Source: Hyphochytrium catenoides (Eukaryota; Protista; Hyphochytriomycota). From it: a stretch of 41,158 nt of DNA. The first letter of the stretch is position 1. Each line of letters opens with the position of its first letter. Below are positions 11,248 to 23,445 of the stretch, piece by piece. The stretch lies in the NCBI GenBank assembly GCA_900088475.1, contig FLMG01003107.1, forward strand, positions 1 to 41,158. Reading direction: 5' to 3'. The notes below the pieces were generated by a model. It was not told the DNA's origin, did not search any database, and saw only the letters and a program-made list of their open reading frames with translations. Made by a program: the position numbers and the translations under genes.

Positions 11248-12771
11248 TGAGGGATAGAAGAATGGTTCCTATTATCATCGCATAGGAAGGTTATCACTCT
11301 TCTTCCTCGGGAACATCGACGAAGCTGGCAGGCAGCGCTGATGACATCGTACCATGGTCGGTCGAGAGCTTCCTGAAATTCTGTCACAAAGGTGAAAACA
11401 TTCGTACGCGGCTCCAGCAGCTGGAAGAACGCATCATTCGGCGTGATTCTGCATGATGCAGCCTCTGTCCTTCAACCGTTGGTACTCTAGCAAATCGTTG
11501 CATCCTACGATCCTAGCTAAGGTGGGCTAGGCCCGCCCCAATGATAGGGAGCCCCGGACCGTCGGATCATCTGTTAGCGTTCACATGTTCTTCTACATAT
11601 CTGCTCCTCTGACAATTATCGTGGTCAGCCTCCATCAGCTGCAGCTGCTATCCCTTGTCCCCCAGGAGACTCCACAGCCCCCAACCAGAGCAGCGCTAGC
11701 GACGAGCATCAAGCAACCCCGTTGTGAAGGCTGGGGGCTGCTCGTTAGTAGGAAGCTAAGCATGGAAGCTTGTGACCCAAGGTCAGTGATCCATCGCCAT
11801 CGCCAGCAGAGGAGCAGCACATCAGGAGCAGCATCGCCAGCAGCAGCAGCAGCAGCATCATCAGCAGGAGCAGATTTTGAACATCCCGGTCCTGGGTCTC
11901 TAGCCATCACCGTCCCGAAAGGTAATCTTTGATCTTTGATGCTCAGGCAGTGGTAATAGGATTCTGAAGACCTTGGCACTGCATATAAACGCGGACTAGT
12001 GGTAGTAATATGCCGGGGTGTTGGTTTCTGAGCGAGGCATATTGTGGAAAATAAAATGGCGGTTTGGCCGCTTATGGAAAGGCATAAATGTGGTTATACT
12101 CGGGACCGGTAGAAGAGATAACCTTTGGGCTCCTTTGGTTGCTCTCGTAGATTTCGGTAACCTCCATAAAAGAGTTCATAATTTCATAACCATGACGCTT
12201 AATTTCTTACACCAAAGGTCTAATAATAAGAGAGGCGATCTATTCGCTATTTAATCGCGGCACATAAACTCAATAAAAGAAGAATAAACCAAAACTCGCA
12301 GCAACAATTATGTAAGCATTTTGTTGTTCTAAATACAGAGAATTATCTCTCAACATTATACCTGACAAGCCTCCGTTTATCAAGAACAGGGTAAGCCCTA
12401 GCAGCTTTTGTTGCGAGAAAGCTGTGACTGTTCATCCTGGCACCTTAGGGTGAGACAGAGTACCACTAGGTACCTCACACAAAGGAATGAAGCACTAATT
12501 GTCAGAGACAGAGCACGTGGAAACGCAAGGGATTGAGCAAAGGTTGCAGCTTCGCGATCTGGCCTGGCAGCAGCCGGAGGAGCGGCGCAAGGCTCAACAA
12601 GACGAGAGTGAGTGTTTGTCGAGTTCACGGTTCAATCGCCAATAGAGTTCCACGTCGGGTCTCCATACTCTATCTTGAGACTAGCAGGTTTTATAGCCTA
12701 TTAGCTTGCAGTGCCATCCGTCAGTAGGATTGAGGAGCAACGCACAAAGTCATAGACTTCCATCCCTCGAC

Positions 12772-14416
12772 ATGGCTGATTGGTCCTCAACCTCACTCCG
12801 CCAGCATGTCGTGGTGACGCCTGCGTACTGCTATAACAACCTTACCAGCAATCAAGGATCTACCGTGGTAAGAGGCTGAGCACATGCGAGCCGGGTAGCA
12901 GTAGTCTGAGATAACGCATCATGCAAATGCTCTCTCACAATTGACGGGACTTCCTTGCGTAGGCGTTCACCAATCATCACAGCCTCCTTTTGGTCGATCT
13001 GTCAGAGTCAAAGGACTCAGGAGAGCTGATCCGCCCACAGATTAGCAAGGGATGCAAAATCACGCAGGTGTCCGTCAATGAGTGGGCCTGAGAGTGCGGT
13101 CTTTCATTTGTAGGTCTAACTGTCTGAAGTCCAGGTGGCCTTTCTGCCCCTTGGGGATGAGGTTTGCCTAGGCATCGCCTCCACGGAGGGCTTTCAGGTC
13201 TGCTCTTGATCTCCCTCTATTCTATTTGATGGACAGTGGACAGTGTTACTAAAGCTGATTTCTCCGCAGCTCTGGAATGCGAGGGGTGACAAGATGCTTG
13301 GGTTCCTGGCCCTAGCGGGAGAGTACCAGGATAGCCAGGGTATGTAACTTGGTTTTTCTCTTATGGCCGCGGCTCAATGACATTTTGCCTTTCCTTCTCT
13401 CTAGTGTACTTCTGCAAAGCAATCTGCTCCGTAAAAGCCAACAGCCAGATCTTCGCAGGTAGGAAGTGGCTCTCTCACGCCGCGCATCCGTGAGATAGAT
13501 AGGCGCCTCAGTGGATCACCTAACGCCCCAATAATATGCAGGGTCTTCCGCTGGAGATATCTTCGTTCTCACGTTAGCAGGCGGTAAGATGTCGAAGACA
13601 AAGAAGCTGGCAGCCCATGACAGGGTACGCATCTACAATTCGGAGAACACGACAGTGTTGCTTGCCATACCCATCTTTACTGACGTCTTCCCATATAGCC
13701 GATTTCCGCCCTTGCTGCCAGCCGTCAGTTCCTAGTGAGCGCTGGTCTTGGCGGAACAGTATCTGTTCGAAAGAATGACGAGGACTTTACGAAGATCAAG
13801 ACCTTTCAAGGTGCTGCTGTACCAAGTTTTTGCGGCTCCAATTAATTGACTCTTCTGTCTCCTTTCCCCCAATGAACAGGAAAGAATGACATGTGCGCTA
13901 CCTCAATGGTCTTGCTGGACGATACTATCGTCGTTGGGTTCTCCTCAGGTCAACTTCGGGTCTATTCCATTGAAAGGGAAGCATTGGTGGCGGAGGTAGA
14001 TGCACATGCCAAATGCGTGACGGCGCTGTCCTGTCTTAATTCTCGGGTAAGTCAGAATGGCCTTTACTATCCATCCATCGTCCTTCCTGCTGCTGTTAGG
14101 CTTTGAGCTGACATCTGCCCCTGGTACACTCACCTATCCACTCCGATAAAGGTTGTGAGCACCGGCAGAGACTCGTTTGTTAATGTCTGGGCCATCCCAG
14201 CCTTTACAAAGGAGTCGGACGAGGTAGGAAACTCATTTGGCTGCGTGCGAAGCTGAAGTAGAGAGGGCTAAGATTTCTTCTGGTGCGCAGATTGAGCTAG
14301 TCTTTTCCAAGAACTGTCCAGACCAGCTGCTTACCGGCGCATGTTTCTTGAACAATGGGGATCTAGTCACCAGTGCTTATGATTTAGACAGCCTGAATGT
14401 GTACAATCTGATGTAG
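12772..14416 (+). CDS. WDR54: WD40-repeat protein, WDR54-like, about 315 aa; exons 12772-12867, 12963-13067, 13135-13197, 13270-13339, 13405-13458, 13542-13624, 13699-13810, 13880-14046, 14152-14223, 14291-14416
   Basis: Ten GT-AG exons join in frame (948 nt). The N-terminal TPAYCYNNL, the segments GFSSGQLRVY..EVDAHAKCVTAL and STGRDSFVNVW, and the C-terminal DQLLTGACF..VTSAYDL resemble hallmark WDR54 segments. Confidence 0.82.
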
Positions 14417-15595
14417 CAATGTTCTTCCCTTCCCTAACAGCTAGTGCAATGACCGAAAGCCAAGTCATATCACACTCCCATAAATGACTCTCCCAGAAGT
14501 GGCCATATGAGACGAATGAGAGTCAAACTACTCTGGGCACGTCAAGCGTGTGCTGCATGGGAGGAGGGGAGAGTCAAATCTTGCGTAAAGCCGGCTCAGG
14601 GTATGTAGGTTGCGGGTGCCCCTAATATATCACCGAGAGAGGTTCTGTCAAAAGAAGACTACGAGTAAGACCGGGAGAGTGACGCTCGAGATGGGTGAAG
14701 GGCGCAGAAAGTCAGGGGTTAGAGAGTTGCGAAGCTTTAGGAGACCACACTTCGTGGAGCTGTCACGGCATGCTTACAAAAGAAGGGCTCCTATTATTAG
14801 CTGGAGAATGGTTAGCTAGCCTACTTTATGAGTAAATGAGTATTTCTACAAGCGACTGCCCCGCAAAGCGAAGCGTTGCAGCCACGAATAAATAATGCCA
14901 CGTCCTTGCTGGAAGCAGCTTGGTCTTAGAGTACAGGGGATATCCTTTTTTAGGGACGGACGGCCGGATACGTCAGAATCGTTTAAAAGCCAATATATCC
15001 ACAGCCGCTTTGGTACGTGAGAGGACCCATGCGCGTTGAAATAGAGCCACCTCGACATGGCTGAGAGGCGTTCCGGCACCGCTCAAGCCGAGAGACAAAG
15101 AGCGCCTCTTTGGTGCTGGGCATTAGGCTCTCACTCTTGACATAGCTGGGACGCTTTGGATTGGTACTAGCGGTATGTACATTCTTGCCCAGATTGGTTG
15201 GCTTCCCTACAGCGGAGATGCACGTTGGAGACACAGGGCCTGCAGGCTTCTTAGGGCTCTCGCCGTGAAGGCGGTTGTCTTTATAGATCAGCACCATCTT
15301 TCCTATCACTTGAGCTGAAAGCTTCTGGAGAGCTTGAGATCCTTTCTGATCCTTAAAGATTGGTTGTTGTCTTGCGGTAAGAGATTGTGGATTGCTTTTA
15401 TTGTCTCTGTTTGAGAAGTGAGGGCGAGCAGTACTCCGTCGGAGGGGCCGCCGCCCTCGCTACCCAGCTATCCAGTTAAAAGAGGAAAGAGGCTCTAGAA
15501 GAGAGGAAACAGAGAGGTGAGGAAGACGGAAACCAAGTCATGCTGAGGAGGAAAACGCATCTTGACTGTTACAAGGTGAGGAGTAAGGGTCAAGG

Positions 15596-15647
15596 GAGGA
15601 AGGAGTAAGGGGAGAAAGAGAGAGAGAGAGAGAGGGAGAGAGAGAGG

Positions 15648-15725
<78 letters not shown>
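15596..15725. repeat. (GA)n microsatellite
   Basis: Directly visible. Confidence 0.9.
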
Positions 15726-18700
15726 ATAGATTGGAAGATAACTCTTAGATAGTGGACGAGGTAGAGAGTAGACGAGCAGGTGATGATGTTGAAGTGAGTG
15801 GACGGGTGTGGGGGCACACGGACAGTGTCGTATCCAAGGCACTGGAGGACAGCAGAGAGAGACAAGAGACCACAAACCGAAGCCAGACAGAGTAAAAGAG
15901 ATAGTAAGACTAGCGAGACAGACTGCCATCTATAGCGGAAACAGACTGTATATAGATGCTTCGAGATACGAGATGTCCGAGGAAGAGAGGGGGCCAAGTG
16001 GAAGAGATGCGGAACTGTGCGAGTCAGAACATCAGAAGAGAGAGAGAGAGAAAGGACAGAAAAGAACATCGTCCGAAAGGTGGACGCAGGAGTGAGGAAG
16101 AAAAAGAAAGGACCGCTTCCACCCACCCCATATCGTGCACGATTCTAACACTACTTACCTCTTTCTAACGATTTCGGCATTTTGGCGCTCCATTTCATGT
16201 AGTTGCCCAATCAATCTCTTGGTCGAATGATGGTAGATACCAGCCAACTAGAGAGAGCATTTAGGATTTGGGCATCGACTTCCTACGTTTGGAAAAAGAC
16301 TAGGACTGTCCTAGTATTTGAGGTCCAACAGCACAGCAGAGACAGCGTTATGATGAACCTTAGAAGTAAATTCCTAAGCTCTCGTCTCTTTAACCCCCTC
16401 CATTGGTCGTCACAACCTAAATTTAGACTGTGAAAATTCATTGGTGGTGGGGGCATCTCAGGTCTAAATGTCTAAATATACCGGAAGGAGAGGAGAAGGA
16501 AGCAGAGGATACAGAACGTAGAAAGTCCACCATCCACCCACCCGCCCCCACGCTATAAGCAAAGGATTTTGCGATGGGTGGGAAGTGACAGAAAAATGGA
16601 CGGGGGTTATCGTCGCATGTCCGCAAACAGTTGATAACTAAATATTACTAGTTCCTTTGTGCGCACGCTACATATACCCTGGTAAAGCTCTAATGAGCGC
16701 ATCAGGCGTGCGGATGTGAGATCATACCTTAAGAAAAGGTTGAAGATTCTTCCTGGTCGAAGTGGCCAATAGGCGCTCATCACGGCCACAGTCCAGTCTT
16801 TGACAAGCAGCGAGCCATCAACTTTGGCTGGTGCAGCAGCATCAGGCAGCGAGGAAGATTCGACAGGTGACTGGGCCGCAGCTGCTGCACTGCAGGTCCT
16901 ACGGCACCTTGTCATCACTTGCAGTGCCGGCCTGTCGTCCAGTCAGCACCAGCCGAACAAGGTCGTTTATAGTCCAATAGAGATGATGGTTGAAAATCTT
17001 AATGAAGCTTGTACCATTTCAGTGCAGTCGTTGAGAACAATAACTTACGCTTTATATAAGCACGCATGAGCTCCTCATTAGCTGTTGTTACGAGTATGCT
17101 TTCAGAGATGACGATCGTTGGTTCTCCGTTCTCCGGAACCCCGGAACCCATGCATGCCAAAGCCCCTCTATTACTAGATGAATACCATCCAATAAAGCTG
17201 TCAAAAACATATAGTTCTAGGGGCGTCTGTAGTTCTCCCTCTCCTGGACGGATGAGGTTGTGGCACACCTGCAACGAGCTTCAAACTGTTTTCTCGATGT
17301 TTGTGGTAACTTTACTGTTGACATATACCAGCAATGAAGCGGTACTTGTTCTAATAGTCAGCTAGGTTCCTAGTGGGACTTTGAGGCTTCGTTTAGTGGA
17401 ATGCTGGCCTCTTTAGCTGCCGTTATTGCTCGTTATTACTATGAAGACAAGCTATCGAACCCCAAAAATCTTTATATGTAAACTGCTTGCAAGAAAGAGA
17501 AATTTGATCGCGCTTAACCCCATGCTCCCCTCTCTACCACTGTGGATACCTCTTGGGTCGTGCATATTTTTCCTCCCTCCATGCATACTAACCACTTATA
17601 TCGTCTCATCGCATCCACACGGCTGGCTACAATGGAAATAGGAATCAACAACTCTGTGTAAGAGCTGAAGCTGTTGTGTGGACCCTCTCCCATTTTCCGA
17701 CTAACCTTTATCATAACTCCCTTGAAGCGTTGCATCTATCCTTCCGAGCTAGTCACTCGCTGATGATACCTCCTTTTGCATCTTGTTGATCATGCTAATT
17801 CTGACTTCAACTCCCCATTATCAGCAAGTTGATAAGGGTACTGAGCGACGCGAATGAAGCGTCATCCTCCTCGTGGGTGAAAGAAAAGGACATGCGAGCA
17901 CTTGCACTTAACAGCTCTCCTGGCCCCAACAACCGCCAATACCCCAATATATCACATTGTGGCTCTTGAAAGATGAAATCATGTTAAGGGAGAGACATCT
18001 TCCTGGCTTTGGTCGCTGAAGTTATGAGTAAAGTTTTGCAGTGATAGACAAATGCTAGGGTGCCTGTAACTCATAGCTTTTGGTGATGATGCTTCTTTGC
18101 CTGTCCATGTATCCAGCTAGATACATTCCATGGGGAAAATGTTGATGCTACCAGCTTCCTAGATAGCGGTAGTTGTCGTTTTATACGTCAATAGTATTGA
18201 GCGCCAACCTCCTACTGCAGAGTTTGTTGTCGAGATCGCTTCTCTGCGTGAACACGACAAGGCGATGAAAGCTGTACCTGTAAGAGAAAGCTAGCTGCCT
18301 TATCTACTAACTTTTAAGCATGATATGTTTGTCAGTAAGATAAACCCTACTGCTCCTATAATAATAGTCTGACTGAGAGAAGCACGCTTACGATGAGTTA
18401 GAGCTACACTATGTGCTGTCGTTGTTCAACCCTATAAAAAGGTCTTTAATGAGTGGACCACTTGGAGAAATTTCGGCGGCAACAAAAGGGGAGACGGCAT
18501 TGTGACTGGCCAATCCAATTAAAGAGGGCTGACCAGTAAATTTCATTGAGGATTGAATCATTCGAAACCTTCAGAGGAAGATTAAGCTCTAACCGCTGTT
18601 GAAAGTTACTAATTTGGCAGTAGAAATTTCCTGAAGCTCCACCTTTATTCTGTGACTGTATAATCAGAGTGCCGGAGAGATATGGGAATGGGAAACAGAG

Positions 18701-18840
18701 GAAAGCACACTATGCTTAATGGCTTAATGGTAGAGGCGGCAGATGCGTGAGGACGAGGAAGTGTGTGGAAGAGGCATGCTGCCATTCAAAACCCACCTCT
18801 TGTGGATAGATGATGGAACTACAAAGTTAGCTCAAGGTTT

Positions 18841-18939
18841 GGAGAGAAAGAGAGAGAAAGAGAGAGAGAAACAGAGAGAGAGACAGAGAGAGAGAGGGAG
18901 GGAGAGAGAGAGACAGAGAGAGGGTGTGAGAGGGAGAGG

Positions 18940-18970
<31 letters not shown>

Positions 18971-19050
18971 NNNNNNNNNNNNNNNNNNNNNNNNNNNNNN
19001 NNNNNNNNNNNNNNAGAGAGAGAGAGAGAGAAAAAGAGAGAGAGACAGAC
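18841..19050. repeat. (GA)n microsatellite spanning an assembly gap (N at 18971-19014)
   Basis: GA runs flank 44 N. Confidence 0.9.
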
Positions 19051-19417
19051 GAGGAGAAAGTTGGACCCTGCGATGTTGCAAAGAGCCGCAGCGCAGGGTC
19101 AGAATGCACAATCCACAGACAGAGGGAGAGTGATAGAGAAGAGAGACTCCATTGAAAGTGTATCTAAACGAGGGAGAGAGGAGAGCAACGGCAGCAGGAG
19201 TAAGCGTCTCCTATGACGTTGCGGTCTCGACTGTCTCTTGACACATTTTATTGAAGCCAGCGTCTCACAGGCCCATACATCAAGCCGACATACGACCAAA
19301 AGGTTGATCATCTGTTTTACTCGGAGCATAAGAAGATAGATTCCGTCGCAGCCTTATCTTATTATACCGATCCTCAGCCTATCTACATTAGAAGACATCG
19401 CCGACAGGAGCCTGACC

Positions 19418-20236
19418 ATGTATTCTGCGAACAGGGAACCTCATCCCAAGCAAGAAGCGATGGCTATGCAAAGTCCTCCACAGCCGAAGGAGGAAGCAGA
19501 GGTTTCAGAGCCAATTGTACCGACCAGCCCACAGAGGGGACTTCAGAGTGCGATCACGAACGAAGCGTTCAAGCACAGCATCTCACCTAAACCGCAAAGA
19601 TCACCAACAGACTTCACTGTCCTGGCAGCACCAGAAGCCAAAGCCACCGGTGCTTCTAACCTCTTTCCGCCATCTCCAGCGGCAGCTACTCAGCGGAAAA
19701 GGTCTAGACAGGAGGCTACTGATCCGTCATCTGTAGCCGAGGAGGAGAAGGAAAGCCTAGAGGAGCTCGGGAGAACCATTGTCACCTTTGGCCGAAGACA
19801 TAGGGGGCAGACCTTCAAGTATGTCTATGACCACGACTGGGGATACTGTCATTTTTTTGCAGTAGCACAAGCCGACCCCAGCCCTCAGCTTGCAAACCTA
19901 ATAAGCTACATTAAGCAGAGAGACAGGGAGGAGCGAAAGCTACGGGAGGCGGAGTTACGAAGAGAACTTCTAGAGGAAGCGGAGAGGTTCGTTGCTAAAT
20001 GCAACTGTGATGCTTGGATGGACCAGTACGTTTTGAGTCAGCTGGAGCGGGGTTGGAAAGGCTATTGTTGGGACTGGTTGGAAGACGGCTACTGCCCCGG
20101 TTGTCCTTACAAACATGCCTATCCGAAGAACTGGACTGAGGAAATGAAGAAGAGACACGCTGACATGCTTGACAGTCGAGACTTTTTTTACAATCCTGAC
20201 GAGGACTACTACTCTGATGCTGATTATTTTGATTAA
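19418..20236 (+). CDS. Tandem family copy 1: FG-x-H-x-G module plus CCCH zinc-finger protein, 272 aa, intronless
   Basis: Uninterrupted ORF with motifs SNLFPPSP, RKR, LEELGRTIVTFGRRHRGQTFKYVYDHDWGYC, a coiled-coil and GYC-x8-C-x2-C-x3-H. Clearly homologous to the two downstream ORFs. Confidence 0.8.
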   Translation: MYSANREPHPKQEAMAMQSPPQPKEEAEVSEPIVPTSPQRGLQSAITNEAFKHSISPKPQRSPTDFTVLAAPEAKATGASNLFPPSPAAATQRKRSRQEATDPSSVAEEEKESLEELGRTIVTFGRRHRGQTFKYVYDHDWGYCHFFAVAQADPSPQLANLISYIKQRDREERKLREAELRRELLEEAERFVAKCNCDAWMDQYVLSQLERGWKGYCWDWLEDGYCPGCPYKHAYPKNWTEEMKKRHADMLDSRDFFYNPDEDYYSDADYFD

Positions 20237-21274
20237 GAGAACAGACGAGAAGCGTTGGATCCGCAGGCGAGGGCTTGCGTCCTGTGTAGAACAATCTTTG
20301 TTCTTCTACGTGTTACGGTCTTTTGTGCAGTCTTTATGAGTTAATGAAGTGCTTCTGAATCAGACTTAGTCTTCCAGCGCTGATAAGAGTGCGCCTTTCC
20401 TCGTTGACTCCATCGAGACGCATTCTTGGTACGCCTGAACCCGGCCCTTCATCTTGCTCAGTCTGGGCAGGCTCTAGGTCGACCTGTATGGGCATCATTG
20501 ACGCAAGTAAATTTGAGATATGATGACTGCTAAGAGGGGTTAGAGACAACGAGCCCTTCCCTCAGTAGCTCCACCGCCCGTCAAAACCGACACCGAAGGG
20601 TTGGAAGGCTTTCATCGACCTCAGGGATCTGCGGTAGAAAGCAGGCACTACCTGGCGTCTGGATGATGGAAAGGTATCAAAAACTCTAACAAATGCAGCT
20701 CCTGGTTGATGGCTGGAGGATGGCGTTACAGGTGCGAACACAAGCTTCTTCTGAGAACCCAAATTTAAGATAAATCTCCAAAAGATAAACATCTGATACG
20801 GCAAGGGTAAATCGTGTTCTACCGAGATTAATCCAAGCACTGCGTTTACTGCTTGTTTATAGTCACCAAAACTTTCCCCTTCCTTCTTGTCCGCAAGCCT
20901 CCACGAAAATACTAGGACAGCACACGCAATTTGCACACCTGTACCTCGCAAAACACGAACTCTGTGTGCTGACGAATCAGAACAATCAGAATCAGTCCCC
21001 GTCATGGTGGGACATCGCCCGTTGGAACCTTGGCGCTCATGACTCCGCCGCAGCTATCGTGAAGAAACAAGAGCAGAGCAGGCTTTGGCGATAGGGCAAC
21101 GGGTTCGGCAAAGCTCTCCCATCGTTGCGGAGAGAAGGCTGATGATGCTCTGAGAGTATGGTGCACGGTGGCACAGTTCTCTTTGTTGTCAGTTGTAAAG
21201 GACGAGAAGCGTGTCTTCTTGAGAGCATTAGCTGCCACTTTCCCTTTCCTAGGTAAGTTGCAAGACCTCTCCCC

Positions 21275-22330
21275 ATGGCCAAGATGCCGTCCGACAAGAA
21301 GCGGGGCAAAGTAAAGCCGCAAGGGGTACCAACAGTCAAACAAGAGCCAGAAACGTCAGCAAGCACCACTGGCTCAGAGCAGAGTGATGATGATAATAAG
21401 AAGCTCACTTCCACCCCAAGGACGCCTTCCCAACGAAAAGGTAAGGGAGAAAATGGACCTGCCAGAGTTAAAAGAGAAGCTGCGATGGAGTCAAAGCGGA
21501 ACAGAGCTGAAGAGCAATATCAGCCAGGAGAACAGGTAGCAGTGCCATCCACCCCCCGGCGACCTAAACCTGTAGTTAAAGGGGAACCAGTAAGACCGAA
21601 GAGTGCGACCATCTCTCCAGAGCAGCAAAGAGTGGCAAGGCAAGCAGTGGAGGACGAAGCACCTCCAACTCAAAAACCGGCAAGTGCCGTTAATCTCTTT
21701 CCCACGTCGCCTCGCCCGGACCTTCCGCACAGAAAGAGAGCGAGAGAAGAAGCAGAGAAGGACGAGGGCATACAGCACGAAGAAGCTGGCGGAGAGGACT
21801 CACTAAGCCTGGAAGACCACGGAAATACCATTGTCGACTTTGGCATGCACAGAGGAAGGACATACAAGGAAGTGTATGACTCGTACCCTGGTTATTGCTA
21901 CAATTTCGCTTTGGCAGTAATAGACCCAAGCCCCCCTTTGACCGAGCTGATAGAATATGTCAAGAGAAGAGACGCCGCAGAACGAGAGGCGAGGAACAGA
22001 AGGCGTGAAGATCTGAAGTCAGCTTTACATCGCAGGCAAGCTATGGCAGGCACAACTCTTCAAGGCTTGCATCAGCAAGAGCATTGTGATGACGATGATG
22101 ATGGCATCTATGATGATTATGAGCCATTCGAAGCCTGGATGGACCGTTATGTTTCAAGCCATCTAGGGAAGGGACTGCTTGGCTACTGCTGGGAATGGCT
22201 GGATGAAGGGTACTGCGGTGGTCCCTGTCGCTATCTGCACACTTATCCGCGTTCCTGGACCGAGGCACAGAAGCAGCAACATGCTGCCAAAAGGACTAGA
22301 GCGGCCTATAATTGGTACTTGTCCCGCTAG
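21275..22330 (+). CDS. Tandem family copy 2: FG-x-H-x-G module plus CCCH zinc-finger protein, 351 aa, intronless
   Basis: Uninterrupted ORF (in-frame TAA at 21254 upstream) with SAVNLFPTSP, RKR, LEDHGNTIVDFGMHRGRTYKEVYDSYPGYC, FEAWMDRYV and GYC-x8-C-x3-C-x3-H. Confidence 0.82.
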   Translation: MAKMPSDKKRGKVKPQGVPTVKQEPETSASTTGSEQSDDDNKKLTSTPRTPSQRKGKGENGPARVKREAAMESKRNRAEEQYQPGEQVAVPSTPRRPKPVVKGEPVRPKSATISPEQQRVARQAVEDEAPPTQKPASAVNLFPTSPRPDLPHRKRAREEAEKDEGIQHEEAGGEDSLSLEDHGNTIVDFGMHRGRTYKEVYDSYPGYCYNFALAVIDPSPPLTELIEYVKRRDAAEREARNRRREDLKSALHRRQAMAGTTLQGLHQQEHCDDDDDGIYDDYEPFEAWMDRYVSSHLGKGLLGYCWEWLDEGYCGGPCRYLHTYPRSWTEAQKQQHAAKRTRAAYNWYLSR

Positions 22331-23445
22331 ATGACTTCCATCTTTCTTTCATAGGGAAGAGAAAGATAGAGAAGAGCGATGACGTGGGAGGAGGAGTTGG
22401 AAATTGCAGACGAAGGCGAAGAGACCAATCTAACTGACGGTAGTAGGGGCAATATACTCAAAGAGTCAGGATACCATGCCCCTTGTACATAAGCTTTGCA
22501 CTTCTCTTTTATAATAACATATAAATACATAGACTGATCATGCTGCTTTGCTCACGGTTGACTACTATCAGTGACAGCTCCTCATAATAGTGGTTCATCG
22601 GGTTCTTATTAGGATGCGGGCTTTCCAATATCAGTGCCAGGAGCGACTCCAGTACTAGCAGCCTCTCCGCTTTTCTCGACCCTGTAGCCTTCCTCGGCGT
22701 TCATCAGAAGACATGCCTTTTGGAAAGCAGAAGCCTGGAGCCTTGGTGGTGTGGCCATTGGCTACCAGTACCTTGTTCATCAAACAAAGCCAAAGAGGTC
22801 GTCGGCTGCTAGATAGAGGACCAAACTGACTTACGACGTGCGTTCAAACGGTATAACAGCCGCTGCGTGCTCAGGTTATACTTCCTCGGGTTTGGTCCGT
22901 CGAGCCGCAGCCGCCCAGGTCAGAAGCCATCATCGCCCACCGCACTACTACCGTTAACAAGCAACAAACTATTAAAAAAGAGGGATCACTTTTTTCAACC
23001 GCTACGGTCGGACGGCCTGTCAAATAACTATGTAAATGCCCCGGAACCTTTCGTCTGTTCTGTTCAAGTCTGTGAATATTGTTAAACGCGAAGATAACGT
23101 TTTCTTTATCAATGTATTCATGCTGGGCAGAAGGAGGAAGTTTCGGCGACGTCTACTTCCAAGCTTGAGACCAACAATGGGACGCCCTAGTGAGAGAGCA
23201 GCCTGGATGGGAGGTGGGGCCCGCGCCGGGCAATGCACAGAGAGCATGATGAGGCTCAAAGAGATTATGAGATACCCCCGTGCAGCCACCACCACATTGT
23301 GTATGTCCTTGCTCTTCACGGATGGAAAAGCCGCCACCGCGGCCACGGGGAGAAGAAACGAAGACGGTATGTGGACAGATTGATGTACACGCGCCGCGAG
23401 GATAGACTGTTCAAAGTCCTTTAGAGGAGCCATGGTACGGGTTGA

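Noticed and set aside
11585-11979. Overlapping ~115-aa ORFs on both strands
   Set aside because: Built around (GCA)n repeats, with no domain and no supporting splice chain.
14846-15470. Minus-strand ORF fragments downstream of WDR54
   Set aside because: The frames do not join cleanly and nothing is recognisable. Possibly decayed sequence.
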